Positions 1 through 8,023 are shown, counted from the first letter of the stretch. The stretch: 64,000 bases of DNA from Vicinamibacterales bacterium (GCA_036257535.1 DATAFJ010000070.1:1595-65594), one strand, 5' to 3'. Program-made: numbers and translations. The notes: generated from the letters alone by a model not told the origin.

Positions 1-57
1 CTTCCGTACGTGCTCCGGCAACTCGTGCAATCCTGACGATCTGCACGCACGGCAGCC

Positions 58-1104
58 ATGTTACGGACCGGGGACGTCAAAGCGAAAGCGTACGATCTCG
101 GGTTCGATCTGTGCGGCATCGCGCCGGCGGAAGTTCTTTCGGAAACGAGGCACTTCCAGGACTGGCTCGCCCACGGTTATGCCGGAGAGATGGCGTACCT
201 GTCGCGCAGCGCGCAGCGGCGGATCGATCCGCGGCGCGTCCTGCCGTCCGCTCGATCGATCGTCTCGCTCGGCATCCTCTATAACACCGACCGGCCCTAC
301 TCAACAGAGGACCACCGCACCGGCGGCGCGTCGATCGCCCGCTACGCGTGGGGCGACGACTATCACTCGGTGATAGCCGGGCGGCTCGACGCACTTACCG
401 GTTGGATACGCGATCAGGCCGGCAGCGAAGTGGAATGCAAGGCCTACGTCGATACCGGCCCGGTGCTGGAACGGCAATACGCGCAGCGCGCCGGCATCGG
501 ATGGATCGGCAAGAACACATGTCTGATCAATCCGGAGCTCGGCTCCTGGATCTTTCTCGCCGAGATTCTCTGCAGTCTTCCGCTGGATCCGGATCCGCCG
601 GCGCTCGATCAGTGCGGCGAGTGCACCCTGTGTCTGGAGGCCTGTCCCACGGACGCCTTCGTCGAGCCGCGAGTGCTCGACGCCACGCGCTGCATTTCCT
701 ATCTCACGATCGAGCTCAAGGGCGCCATATCGGAGGCTCGGCGGACGGACGTAGGGACGCGGGCGTATGGGTGCGACGTCTGCCAGGAAGTGTGCCCGTG
801 GAACCTCGGCCGGCCGGCGCCCGTGTCGAGCGACGCGGCCTGGCTTCCGCGCGCGGCGCTCGACGGGACCACACTCACTGCGTTGTGGCGCCGAACCGAT
901 GCCGAGCTGGCGGCTCTGATGGCAGACAGCGCGATGAGCCGCGCGGGCGTGAGGGGACTTCGCCGGAACCTGGCGGTCGCGATCGGCAACTCGAACGACA
1001 CCGAGGCGCTCGAAGCGCTGAACGATGTGGACGCGTCGGTTGCGCCTTCGCTGGCGGATCCGATGGTGGCCGAGCACGTCTCCTGGGCGAAGGATCGACG
1101 GTAA
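58..1104 (+). CDS. queG: epoxyqueuosine reductase (tRNA queuosine biosynthesis)
   Basis: 348-aa ATG ORF. Two ferredoxin-type 4Fe-4S motifs, CGECTLCLEACP and CDVCQEVCPWN. DLGFDLCGIAPA and GWIGKNTCLIN segments are typical of QueG. Confidence 0.85.
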   Translation: MLRTGDVKAKAYDLGFDLCGIAPAEVLSETRHFQDWLAHGYAGEMAYLSRSAQRRIDPRRVLPSARSIVSLGILYNTDRPYSTEDHRTGGASIARYAWGDDYHSVIAGRLDALTGWIRDQAGSEVECKAYVDTGPVLERQYAQRAGIGWIGKNTCLINPELGSWIFLAEILCSLPLDPDPPALDQCGECTLCLEACPTDAFVEPRVLDATRCISYLTIELKGAISEARRTDVGTRAYGCDVCQEVCPWNLGRPAPVSSDAAWLPRAALDGTTLTALWRRTDAELAALMADSAMSRAGVRGLRRNLAVAIGNSNDTEALEALNDVDASVAPSLADPMVAEHVSWAKDRR

Positions 1105-1116
1105 CGCACACAAATC

Positions 1117-1788
1117 ATGAAGCGCCCAGGTGGCAAGGCGCCGTTTTCAGCCGCCGACCTCGTTCCCGATCGGCCGACCCTCCCGAAAGTGCGCGCGGCG
1201 GCTGCCACCTGCAAGGCGTGCGACCTGTGGCGGCTCGGCACACAAACGGTGTTCGGTGAAGGGTCGAGAACAGCACGCCTGATGCTGGTAGGCGAGCAGC
1301 CGGGGGATCAGGAAGATCTGGCGGGCCGCCCGTTCGTCGGCCCCGCGGGACGCGAGCTCGACAAAGCGCTCGCCGAAGCCGGTATCGACCGGAGCGACGT
1401 CTATCTCACTAACGTCGTCAAGCACTTCAAGTGGGAGCCGCGCGGCAAGCGGCGCATCCACAAGAAGCCGAACGCCACTGAAGTCTCGGCCTGCCGTCCG
1501 TGGCTCGAGACGGAGATTGCACTGGTCAAGCCGAAGGCACTCGTGTGCCTCGGCGCGACCGCGGCGCAGGCGCTGCTCGGACGTGATTTCAAGGTCTCGG
1601 AGCGTCGCGGCGACCGTGTCCAGTCGCCGCTCGCGCCGGTCGTCTCCGCGACGGTTCACCCGTCGAGCATTCTCCGTGCGCCAGACGACGAATCACGGCG
1701 GGAAGAAAGAAAGCGCTTCGTCAAGGACCTCAAGCGCATACGCGAATACCTCTCAAGTACGAAGCACGAAGTTCGAGGTTCGAAGTAG
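1117..1788 (+). CDS. udgX: UdgX-type family-4 uracil-DNA glycosylase
   Basis: 223 aa. Contains Fe-S Cys pair CKACDL, motif A GEQPGDQEDLAGRPFVGPAG, motif B HPSSILR and the UdgX-specific loop HFKWEPRGKRRIHKKP (KRRIH). The last ~12 codons lie inside the heptamer palindrome 1752-1858. Confidence 0.85.
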   Translation: MKRPGGKAPFSAADLVPDRPTLPKVRAAAATCKACDLWRLGTQTVFGEGSRTARLMLVGEQPGDQEDLAGRPFVGPAGRELDKALAEAGIDRSDVYLTNVVKHFKWEPRGKRRIHKKPNATEVSACRPWLETEIALVKPKALVCLGATAAQALLGRDFKVSERRGDRVQSPLAPVVSATVHPSSILRAPDDESRREERKRFVKDLKRIREYLSSTKHEVRGSK

Positions 1789-1858
1789 CTTGGAAGTTCT
1801 AAGTAAGTTGGAGGTTCTGAATCACTTCGAACTTCGCGCTTCGTACTTCGTACTTGAG
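1752..1858. repeat. 107-bp imperfect palindrome built from GTACGAA-type heptamers
   Basis: Left arm CTCAAGTACGAAGCACGAAGTTCGAGGTTCGAAGT faces right arm ACTTCGAACTTCGCGCTTCGTACTTCGTACTTGAG. The left arm encodes the last residues of the UdgX-type protein. Termini are identical to the 31161-31307 copy. Confidence 0.85.
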
Positions 1859-1891
1859 CAGAATCCCGATGAGCGAAGACAATAGTAAGTA

Positions 1892-2434
1892 ATGGGTCTG
1901 GCTCCCACGCTCCTGCTCTCCATGCCGCAGCTCGTCGATCCGAATTTCGCGCGAACGGTCGTGCTGCTGTGCGAGCACGCGCCCGAAGGGGCCTTCGGGC
2001 TCGTGCTGAACCGTCCGACCGGCGTCACCGCGGCGAGCGTCGTCCGGCTCGACCCGCCGATTGCGGAGGGAGGCGGCCTCACTCTCTGGATGGGTGGGCC
2101 GGTCGAGCCGCAGCGCGGGTGGATTCTCCTCGGCGATCAATCGCAGGCGAGCGACGCGCGCCGGATCGCGGACGGCGTCTACCTGTCGGCGTCGCCCGTG
2201 CTCCTGCGGCGCGTACTCGAGGAACGGCCCGCGCCACGCGCGCGAGTGCTCGCCGGCTACGCAGGGTGGGGACCCGGACAGCTCGACAACGAGCTGGCCG
2301 AGTCTTCCTGGCTCATCGCAGACGTCCAGCCGGATCTCATCTTTGACATCGACGCCGACGTCATGTGGGAAACGGCTATCCGCCGCCTCGGCGCCGATCC
2401 CACGGCGCTTCAGATGAGCCGCGGCGTGCACTAG
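1892..2434 (+). CDS. yqgE: YqgE/AlgH family protein (UPF0301)
   Basis: 180 aa. N-terminal MPQLVDPNFARTVVLLCEHAPEGAFGLVLNRP matches the family hallmark. ATG verified at 1892. Confidence 0.8.
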   Translation: MGLAPTLLLSMPQLVDPNFARTVVLLCEHAPEGAFGLVLNRPTGVTAASVVRLDPPIAEGGGLTLWMGGPVEPQRGWILLGDQSQASDARRIADGVYLSASPVLLRRVLEERPAPRARVLAGYAGWGPGQLDNELAESSWLIADVQPDLIFDIDADVMWETAIRRLGADPTALQMSRGVH

Positions 2435-2447
2435 GCAGGCGCTGAAC

Positions 2448-2473
2448 GCAGCCCTGAAGGGCTGCGCTGCAAG
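2448..2473. repeat. REP-like hairpin GCAGCCC-TGAA-GGGCTGC (putative bidirectional terminator)
   Basis: Lies between convergent yqgE (+) and the last HEAT gene (-). Its reverse complement is a 26/26 match to 11013-11038. Confidence 0.6.
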
Positions 2474-2479
2474 TCCAGG

Positions 2480-3097
2480 TCACTTCCCCTGAATGATCGA
2501 CAGGAGCTTCTGCCGCGCGAGGTCGTCGTCACGTTCTCCCAGCTCGCGAACGAGGATCTCGCGGACGTCCATGTTCGGAATCGAGTCGAATAGCTCGATG
2601 AGCATCTTCGTTGGCGCCTCGTCGGCAATCGCGCGGGCCGCCGCCTCGCGAAGCTCAGGATCGCCGTCGCCGCGCATGATCGACACCAGTTTCTGCTGAG
2701 CGGCGGCGTCGGACCGATCTCCGAGCTCGCGAAGGATAACCTCCTTCAGCTCGGGATCCTTCTGCGCGTCGTACATCGCGATGACGGCGGTCGTGTCGCC
2801 TTGCTCGGCCAGCAGGCGAACTGCCGTCTCCTGCAGTTCCTTATCGGTCTCGCGGCTCGCGACGTCCGCCAGCTTCTTTCGTGCCTCGGCGCTGTCGCGA
2901 TCGCCGAGCTCCCGCAGAATCAGCTCGCGGTGCTCGGTGTTTTTCTCGCCGTCGTATAGCGCGACCAGCTTCGGTATGTCGGCATCTTCCACGAGCGCCC
3001 TGAGGGCGAGCTCGCGCAGTTCGGGATCGATCGCCGGCCGCGTTTCCTGGGCCGGAGCCTGTACGACGAGGAGTGCTGCGACTACGACACCAAACAT
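2480..3097 (-). CDS. secreted HEAT/PBS-lyase-like repeat protein (three ~62-aa modules)
   Basis: 205 aa with a short signal peptide (MFGVVVAALLVVQAPAQ). Three tandem modules each end in ILRELGDR/ILVRELGER. Strong SD AAGGAGGA lies upstream of the ATG. Last gene of the ECF sigma operon. Confidence 0.7.
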   Translation of the reverse strand: MFGVVVAALLVVQAPAQETRPAIDPELRELALRALVEDADIPKLVALYDGEKNTEHRELILRELGDRDSAEARKKLADVASRETDKELQETAVRLLAEQGDTTAVIAMYDAQKDPELKEVILRELGDRSDAAAQQKLVSIMRGDGDPELREAAARAIADEAPTKMLIELFDSIPNMDVREILVRELGERDDDLARQKLLSIIQGK

Positions 3098-3107
3098 GTC
3101 ATCCTCC

Positions 3108-4259
3108 TTAGTTCCTCAGAATCTCTTCGAAGAACGCGAGCGCTCTCGCGTCCCTGCTTTGTCCGAGCCAGAACATTGCCTGTTTGCGGACGACCGGGTT
3201 CCGGTTGGTCCGGGCGATGTTTATCAGCAGCGGCACGCCTTCATCTTTCGGCAGCTGACTGAGCGCGAAGACCGCGCGCTTCTTGACATCGGTCTCCGGG
3301 TCCTTTTCGATTGCTTCGGTGATGGTCTCGGCCGCCTTGCGGCCCGCTTTCTGCGCGAGCCAGAAGAGCGCTTCGCCGCGAATCGCTGCGCTTGGATCCC
3401 GCTTGGCGAGTTCGATGATCGTCGGAATGGCTTCCGCGTCGCTGCTCTGCGACAGGGCGAAGACGGCGCTTTTCCGGAACGCGATGCTTGGGTCATCCGC
3501 GACCAGCCGGCGCAGGGTTTCGAACCCTCGACGCCCGCGGGCCTGGCCCATCCAGAACGCCGCCTTCTTGCGTATGTGGTCCGGGCGGTCACGCCCGGCG
3601 AGCGTGTCGAGCGCCGCGTCAGCGGCGGGATCGCCGTGAAGCGCGATAGCAGTGATTGCACCATCGACGACGCGGTCGCGCCGCGTCTCCGTCGAGGGCG
3701 GCGCGGGGACGACCGTCATGAGGAGCGCGACACTCTCTGCCGGCTTGACGTCGTCGATCCAGTGCACGGAACGGCCGCCGGCGTCGATCGCGCACTCTTC
3801 CGAGAACACGCGCACGCGCTCGATCGCGCCTGACACGATCCGGTAGAACACCGAGAACCGCGACGTCTCGAGCCTCACCGGCGCGGCGGCGGCGCTGCGC
3901 GTAATGGCGGTGCCGTCGTCCCGACCCGGTTCGAGGCCGCACGCGCCGCAGCAGGCGTCGCCCGATTTGCGAAAGACGACGCCGCCGTCCACCCAGGTGT
4001 TTCCTCCGTCCGAGCGCCAGCAGCACATGACGCGATCGCCATCCACGACGGGCACCGCGTACGCGATCCAGAACGGTTCGTCGCTGATTCCGGGGGCCCC
4101 TGCCCCCCGACCGGCGCTCTTCACGAGCGGCCGGAACGTCCGTTCGAGGCCGGCCGCGCCGTCGTGCCGCGTCACCTTGCCGTTGTCGATCCTGACCTGC
4201 GCGGCGGCCGGCGCCGCCGCGGCGATCAGGCATGCGAGGACGAAGCTGGTGCGGGTCAT
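3108..4259 (-). CDS. secreted HEAT-repeat protein with Cys-rich N-terminal domain
   Basis: 383 aa with signal peptide MTRTSFVLACLIAAAAPAAAQ. Cys cluster MCCW..ACCGACG. C-terminal HEAT-like units alternate FW(L/M)(G/A)Q and FALSQ motifs. ATGA overlap with the upstream gene. Confidence 0.7.
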   Translation of the reverse strand: MTRTSFVLACLIAAAAPAAAQVRIDNGKVTRHDGAAGLERTFRPLVKSAGRGAGAPGISDEPFWIAYAVPVVDGDRVMCCWRSDGGNTWVDGGVVFRKSGDACCGACGLEPGRDDGTAITRSAAAAPVRLETSRFSVFYRIVSGAIERVRVFSEECAIDAGGRSVHWIDDVKPAESVALLMTVVPAPPSTETRRDRVVDGAITAIALHGDPAADAALDTLAGRDRPDHIRKKAAFWMGQARGRRGFETLRRLVADDPSIAFRKSAVFALSQSSDAEAIPTIIELAKRDPSAAIRGEALFWLAQKAGRKAAETITEAIEKDPETDVKKRAVFALSQLPKDEGVPLLINIARTNRNPVVRKQAMFWLGQSRDARALAFFEEILRN

Positions 4260-5527
4260 TTGTCGATCAGCTCCGTCAGGTAGTCCAGCGCGGCCTTCGA
4301 CCGCATCAGCGAGAGCTTCGACACGATCTCCTTCTTCATCGTCATGTCGCTCTCCTTGCGGGCGAGGGCGACGAGCCCCTCGGCGTTGTTCTGAATGAAG
4401 AGCCCCTGGATGACGGCCTTTCTCATTTCTGGATCTTTGTCGGTGTTGTAGATCTCGACCAGCGCGTCGGCCGTTCGCTTCGATCCCATCAGGCCGAGAT
4501 TGCGGACCGCCGTGCGCCGCAGCTCCGGATCGCTCTCGGTCTTGGCGAGCTGTATCAGGCGCTCGGCGTTGCCGCCGACGAACATCGCCTGGAGGATCTG
4601 TTTCTTCACGTCGCGCGACGACTCTTTCGTATAGAGCTGCCAGAGCTCGTCGTGGGCCCCCATGACGCCGAGCTGACGGACCGCCTCGGCTCGGAGCTCC
4701 GGCTCCTTCTCGGTCGTCGCCGCCGTCAGCAGCTTCTGCCGCTCGCCCGAGACCATGAAGGCGTGCATGATGCGGCGTTTGACGTCGACGTCGGAGCTGG
4801 TCTTATAGATGTCGGCGAGCAGATCGCGGCTTTCCTGTCCGCCGTGAATGCCGAGGAACTGAATGGCGCGCCGCTGCAGATCCGGGTTCGCCTCGCCGCG
4901 CGCGATCTTGCCGATAATCTGCCGCGCCGCCGGCGAGTCGCTCTGCGCGAGGACGAAGAGCGCGCGCGACTTCACGCGGGGGGTGTTGTTCCCGGCCAGC
5001 AGCTTCTCGAGCATCGGCAGCGCCCGCTCCGAGTCCTGACCGAGAAGGCCGTTTATGGCCATCAGTTTCAGTTCCTCGTCTGCCTGTCCTTCGGGATTGA
5101 CCTGACCCGTGCCGGTGCCGCGCCGCACGTCCGCCTCGAGCGCCTTCGCCTGTGAGACGTAACGGCTGTTTGGATACGACTTGATCAGCTCGGCGATCGT
5201 GGCGAGCGACTCCGCGCGCTGGCCGAGCCGGTTCTGCGCGTAGGCCTTCCAGTACATCGCGGCGTCGGCCTTAGATCCGCGGAGGCCGATGACGCGGCTG
5301 AAGCGCTCGACCGCCCGGTCCCACCGATCTTCGTCGAGCGCTTCGAGACCGTCGTCGTATGCGTCGTTCTCGCGCTCGCGGGCCTCGCGCGCCCGCTCCT
5401 TCTCGCGGTCTTCGCGCTGCGTACTCCAGTCGGTGAACGGCGCGCCAGCCCATGCCGACGCCGACGTCGGCGCCGCCGTCAGCAGGACCGCCCCCAGAAT
5501 TATGGGTATGTAAGTCCGATAGCTCAT
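4256..5527 (-). CDS. secreted TPR plus HEAT-repeat protein
   Basis: 423 aa with signal peptide ..LLTAAPTSASA. TPR-like segment YWKAYAQNRLGQRAESLATIAELIKSYPNSRY, followed by about eight HEAT-like units (for example LRRTAVRNLGLMG, LRAEAVRQLGVMG). Confidence 0.7.
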   Translation of the reverse strand: MSYRTYIPIILGAVLLTAAPTSASAWAGAPFTDWSTQREDREKERAREARERENDAYDDGLEALDEDRWDRAVERFSRVIGLRGSKADAAMYWKAYAQNRLGQRAESLATIAELIKSYPNSRYVSQAKALEADVRRGTGTGQVNPEGQADEELKLMAINGLLGQDSERALPMLEKLLAGNNTPRVKSRALFVLAQSDSPAARQIIGKIARGEANPDLQRRAIQFLGIHGGQESRDLLADIYKTSSDVDVKRRIMHAFMVSGERQKLLTAATTEKEPELRAEAVRQLGVMGAHDELWQLYTKESSRDVKKQILQAMFVGGNAERLIQLAKTESDPELRRTAVRNLGLMGSKRTADALVEIYNTDKDPEMRKAVIQGLFIQNNAEGLVALARKESDMTMKKEIVSKLSLMRSKAALDYLTELIDK

Positions 5528-5561
5528 GATCCAGTTGTTCCTTTTGCAGTCGTTAACTTGT

Positions 5562-6416
5562 CTAAGAGATCAGCCGCATCCGCCGTGCGATATCCGCGCG
5601 CTGCCGTTCGCGGAGCTCGGACGCCGTGACCTGTACCTTGAAGAGCAGGTTGCCCCGCTCGATGCGGTTCCGCATCGATTCCATGTCCGCTGCCTCGAGC
5701 GTGGACGGGCCGCCTGCGACTTCGGTGAGAATCAGATCGAGCTCGTCGAGCAGTGAAACGACGGCCTGGTTTCCGAGGGTCTGAGCCGTCTGTCGGTAGA
5801 GCCGGTTCTCGGACGCCAGGTCCTCCGCGCGAAGCTGTTCGGCGGTGATGTCGACCGTGCCGCGGCCCTGTGCATTCATCAACTCCACGAGCACCAGTTC
5901 GGTGCGATCGAGATGCTCGCCCACGGCGGCGAGGAGCAGCCGCTCGCGCAGGTCGCCCGTCGCCGGCGGGGTCGCGCGCGGCGCTTCGCCGGGAAGAGCC
6001 GCGTTTCGCGTCAGCGTCGATCCGTCCGGCGGAACAGACCTGGTCGCGCGCCACAACGCGCCAGCCAGGAACGCGATGACGACGAGCGCCGCGACGCCAC
6101 TTGCCAACACCCAGCGGGGAATCAACGCCGAATGCCCGATGCCAAATACCGGATGGCGAGAGCCGAATGCAGACGAGCGTGCCGGCTTGCTCGCGCGGAG
6201 GCCCGGCCGCAGCCGCGACCACACCTCGCCTTCGAAACCGTCGGCCGGCTCCGGAACCGGCGTCTGCTCGATCGCGCGCAGCACGCGCTCGAGCCGCGCA
6301 AAGCTCTCACGGCACGCGGTGCACTCACGCATATGGCGCTCGAGGAGGCCTGCATCCGGCCCGACCAGCTCGCCGTAGTAGTGGAGCACCAGCTCGTCTT
6401 CGTGTGGGTGGCTCAT
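5562..6416 (-). CDS. zf-HC2 anti-sigma factor (single-pass membrane)
   Basis: 284 aa. N-terminal H-x3-C-x2-C motif (HMRECTAC). One TM helix, VLASGVAALVVIAFLAGALW. 4-nt ATGA overlap with the ECF sigma gene. Confidence 0.8.
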   Translation of the reverse strand: MSHPHEDELVLHYYGELVGPDAGLLERHMRECTACRESFARLERVLRAIEQTPVPEPADGFEGEVWSRLRPGLRASKPARSSAFGSRHPVFGIGHSALIPRWVLASGVAALVVIAFLAGALWRATRSVPPDGSTLTRNAALPGEAPRATPPATGDLRERLLLAAVGEHLDRTELVLVELMNAQGRGTVDITAEQLRAEDLASENRLYRQTAQTLGNQAVVSLLDELDLILTEVAGGPSTLEAADMESMRNRIERGNLLFKVQVTASELRERQRADIARRMRLIS

Positions 6417-6991
6417 GATGATGTCGTCACGAATGGTTCCAGCGCCGCGCGCATCTTCCGCACTGCGCGAAAGATGCTGTGCTTGGTCGCATTGGTCCGA
6501 AGGTTGAGCGTCTGCCCGATCTCGTCGATCGACATGCCCTCGAAGTGACGCAGCGTGAACGCGGCGCGCTCCATCGGGCTCAGTCGCTCCATCGCTTCGA
6601 CGACGCGCTCCTGAATTTCAGCGCTGAGGGCCAGGCGCTCCGGCTCGTTCGCTCCGCCGCCATGTGTTGTGACGGCCGGCCCGAGCGTGTCGAGCGACTC
6701 GGCATCGTGCGCGTCTTCGCGCCGCGGGCGGGCACGCATCAGGTCGATCGAACAGTTGACGGTGATCCGGTGGAGCCAGGTGCCGAAGTTCGCGCGCGAC
6801 TCGAATCGATCCAGCTGCCGATACGCACGCAGAAAAGCTTCCTGCACCACGTCCTCCGCGTCCTGGACGCTGCCGGTCATCCGGAGCGCCAGCCTGTAGA
6901 TGCGGCGGCTGTGACGGTCGACGAGGTCTCGAAACGCGTCGGCGTCCCCGGCTTGCGCCCGGGCGACCGCTACAGCGTCGCTCTCTGGCAT
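6413..6991 (-). CDS. ECF-type RNA polymerase sigma-70 factor
   Basis: 192 aa. Region 2 is DAEDVVQEAFLRAYRQLDRFESRANFGTWLHRITVN. Region 4 HTH is MSIDEIGQTLNLRTNATKHSIFRAVRKMR. Confidence 0.9.
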   Translation of the reverse strand: MPESDAVAVARAQAGDADAFRDLVDRHSRRIYRLALRMTGSVQDAEDVVQEAFLRAYRQLDRFESRANFGTWLHRITVNCSIDLMRARPRREDAHDAESLDTLGPAVTTHGGGANEPERLALSAEIQERVVEAMERLSPMERAAFTLRHFEGMSIDEIGQTLNLRTNATKHSIFRAVRKMRAALEPFVTTSS

Positions 6992-7000
6992 CTATCAGGC

Positions 7001-7029
7001 TTAGACGGCGGCCGAGCCGTACGGTTAGC
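7001..7029 (-). promoter_or_regulatory. candidate ECF-type promoter (AAC-N16-CGTCTAA) upstream of the sigma gene
   Basis: The minus strand reads GCTAAC-N16-CGTCTAA, ending 9 nt before the ATG at 6991. It resembles the AAC/CGT ECF promoter pattern and would imply a near-leaderless mRNA. Pattern match only. Confidence 0.25.
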
Positions 7030-7076
7030 CCGCCTCCGCGCTCCGCTGTGGCTGCAACTCGTTGCCACGCTTCGTG

Positions 7077-8018
7077 CTACGGCTGGAAAGTCGCTAACAA
7101 TCGCTCGATCCCCACGTCGAGCGGAGTGACGCGGTAGCCGAGCTCGGCCGATGCACGGGCATGGCCGAGCGGCCAGTCGCGTGTCAGGATATCGACCGTG
7201 CCGCGCGTCAGGAGCGGCGGCCGGCCGGTCACCCGTGCGCGGGTCTCCTCGAGCGCGCCGGCGATGCGGGCGAGCGCGGGCGGGATCCGGCGGGGGAGTG
7301 CCAGGCCGAGGCGGTCGCGAGCGATCTCGAACGGACGGATCTGCGGCGCGTTCTCGCCGCCCAGTTCGTAGCGCCCCGTGACGTCCGTCCGCTCCGCGGC
7401 CTCCGCGTGCGCCGCCGCCACGTCATCGACGTACGCAAACGACCAGATTCGCTCCGGACCGAGCAGACCCGGCAACCGTCGCGCGCGATGATCGGAGACC
7501 AGCCGGCCGACGAGGTTGCCTTCCGTCTGCGTGCCCGGCCCGTACACGACTCCAGGATAGAGCGCGGTGATCGGCAGCCCGTCCTCAATCGCGCGTCGCG
7601 CGATGCGGTCGGCGATTACTTTCGTGCGCTGATAGTCATTCCCTTCAATCGGACTGGCCGAACCGGCGGGCGGGAGCGCAAGGAACGACGAGGTGTACAC
7701 GACCCGCGAGAGTCGCTGCGTACGCAAGATGCTCAGTACGTGCTCGAGCCCTCCGACGTTGACGGCGTCGAACTCGCCGCGGTCGCGGCGCCAGATTGAA
7801 ACGAGCGCCGCCGTGTGACAGATCGCATCGACGCCGCGCGCAGCGCCCTCGAGCGACGTCCGATCCCGCACGTCGCCGTCAGCCGGGATCACACCGGCGG
7901 GCAGCTGTGACGCGGTCGCATGCCGGGAAAAACACACGACCTGATGGCCCCGCGCGGCCAGCGCCCGAACGATGGCCGCGCCAAGATAGCCGGTGCCGCC
8001 GGTGACGAGCACTCGCAC
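7077..8018 (-). CDS. NAD-dependent epimerase/dehydratase family (extended SDR)
   Basis: 313 aa with a GTG start. Rossmann motif VTGGTGYLG and catalytic YQRTK (YxxxK). Confidence 0.75.
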   Translation of the reverse strand: MRVLVTGGTGYLGAAIVRALAARGHQVVCFSRHATASQLPAGVIPADGDVRDRTSLEGAARGVDAICHTAALVSIWRRDRGEFDAVNVGGLEHVLSILRTQRLSRVVYTSSFLALPPAGSASPIEGNDYQRTKVIADRIARRAIEDGLPITALYPGVVYGPGTQTEGNLVGRLVSDHRARRLPGLLGPERIWSFAYVDDVAAAHAEAAERTDVTGRYELGGENAPQIRPFEIARDRLGLALPRRIPPALARIAGALEETRARVTGRPPLLTRGTVDILTRDWPLGHARASAELGYRVTPLDVGIERLLATFQP

Positions 8019-8023
8019 GACAC

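Noticed and set aside
1752-1858. GTACGAA palindromes considered as MITEs or IS remnants.
   Set aside because: The shared 13-nt inverted termini are suggestive. However, I see no target-site duplication at either copy, no transposase anywhere in the window, and the internal sequence is simple heptamer repeats. I kept it as a repeat family, not a called mobile element.
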